DNA of 64,000 nt from NCBI RefSeq assembly GCF_902459465.1, contig NC_047070.1, forward strand, positions 13,454,001 through 13,518,000, given 5' to 3'. The notes under the pieces were generated by a model. That model was not told where the DNA came from. It saw nothing but the letters and a program-made list of their open reading frames with translations, and did no database searches. The translations under genes were made by a program, and so were the position numbers. Source of the stretch: Asterias rubens. Lineage: Eukaryota. Shown here piece by piece: positions 63,138-64,000 of the stretch; within the stretch, counting starts at the first letter, position 1; every line of letters begins with the position of its first letter.

Positions 63138-63700
63138 TAGTAGTCGTTTGGAAATGGTAAATTCAGAAAATCAACCTCCCAAACGTCCGCAGTGTGTGAT
63201 TACTACCAGAATGATCAAGGTGCATTAGCTATAAATTATGGACATTGCGTCACGTGCATTTTATGCCTAGACTAAAATTGGTTATATGCCATTGGCTGCA
63301 AAGTAATTGACCGTTAAAATGCCCATTTCTACCAAATGGTCACATTGAGTTAGAATTTCCCCAAGAGAATTAGACCCATTCGAATGTGTACAGGGGCCTA
63401 TTAGTCAGTAACTTGAATTTATTAATTATTTTTGAAAAATAAAATCGATGAATCTGCACAAAAGCGTAAGACAAGACTGAAACCTCAGCGTTTCGGTGGA
63501 ACTTCAGGCAGGCAGACTGAGCCTAAATCGGAGCATAAGCTTAAGCCTAGGTATAAGTCGGGGCCCGAGCCGTAGCCTAAGACGGAGTAGGCATAGTGTT
63601 ATAGAAAAAGGGCATTACGGGACCAGTGGTATCCACTAGCTTGTGTAATAATAACGGAGATCATAATACACTATACATTGCAGTGTTAAAACAATACAGG

Positions 63701-64000
63701 TTAAAGGCAGTGGACACTATTGGTAATTACTTAAAATAATTATTAGCATAAAACCTTTCTTGATTACGAGCAATGGGGCGAGGTTGATGGTATAAAACAC
63801 TGTGAGAAACGGCTCCCTCTGAAGTGACATAGTTTTCGAGAAAGAAGTAATTTTCCATGAATTTGATTTCGAGACCTGAAGTTTAGAACTTGAGTTCTCG
63901 AAATCAACCATCTAAACACACACAACTTCGTGTGACAAGGTTATTTTTCTTTCATTATTATCTCGCAAGTTCGATGACCGATTGAGCTAAAATTTTCACA
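63701..64000 (-). mobile_element. MITE family A, cut by the window edge
   Basis: ttaa-AGGCAGTGGACACTATTGGTAA and matching interior. Confidence 0.9.

Overview
AT-rich animal genomic DNA with spliceosomal introns. The repeat landscape resembles a sea star or other echinoderm (inferred from recalled repeat types, not tested). The left ~25.5 kb holds 18 minus-strand coding exons that I assembled by hand with GT-AG borders and matching phases. They give ~830 aa, running off the left edge, of a Munc13-homology (MUN/CATCHR) protein with no visible C1/C2 domain N-terminal to the MUN region and a >=230-aa disordered stretch after the MHD1-like segment. A candidate alternative first coding exon lies at 38.3-38.5 kb, and a weaker one at 41.4-41.8 kb. 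The rest is intronic or intergenic DNA dense in non-autonomous transposons: 13 copies of one TTAA-flanked MITE, several other TTAA/Kolobok-type MITEs (one retaining a THAP start), hAT/P/Harbinger-like MITEs, tRNA-derived SINEs, L2 LINE 3' ends and a deleted Tc1 element with an internal micro-inversion. There are also three satellites or minisatellites. Most ORFs in the supplied track are spurious. No true tRNA, rRNA or CRISPR array was found. All protein-family calls rest on recalled motifs, and no database search was run.
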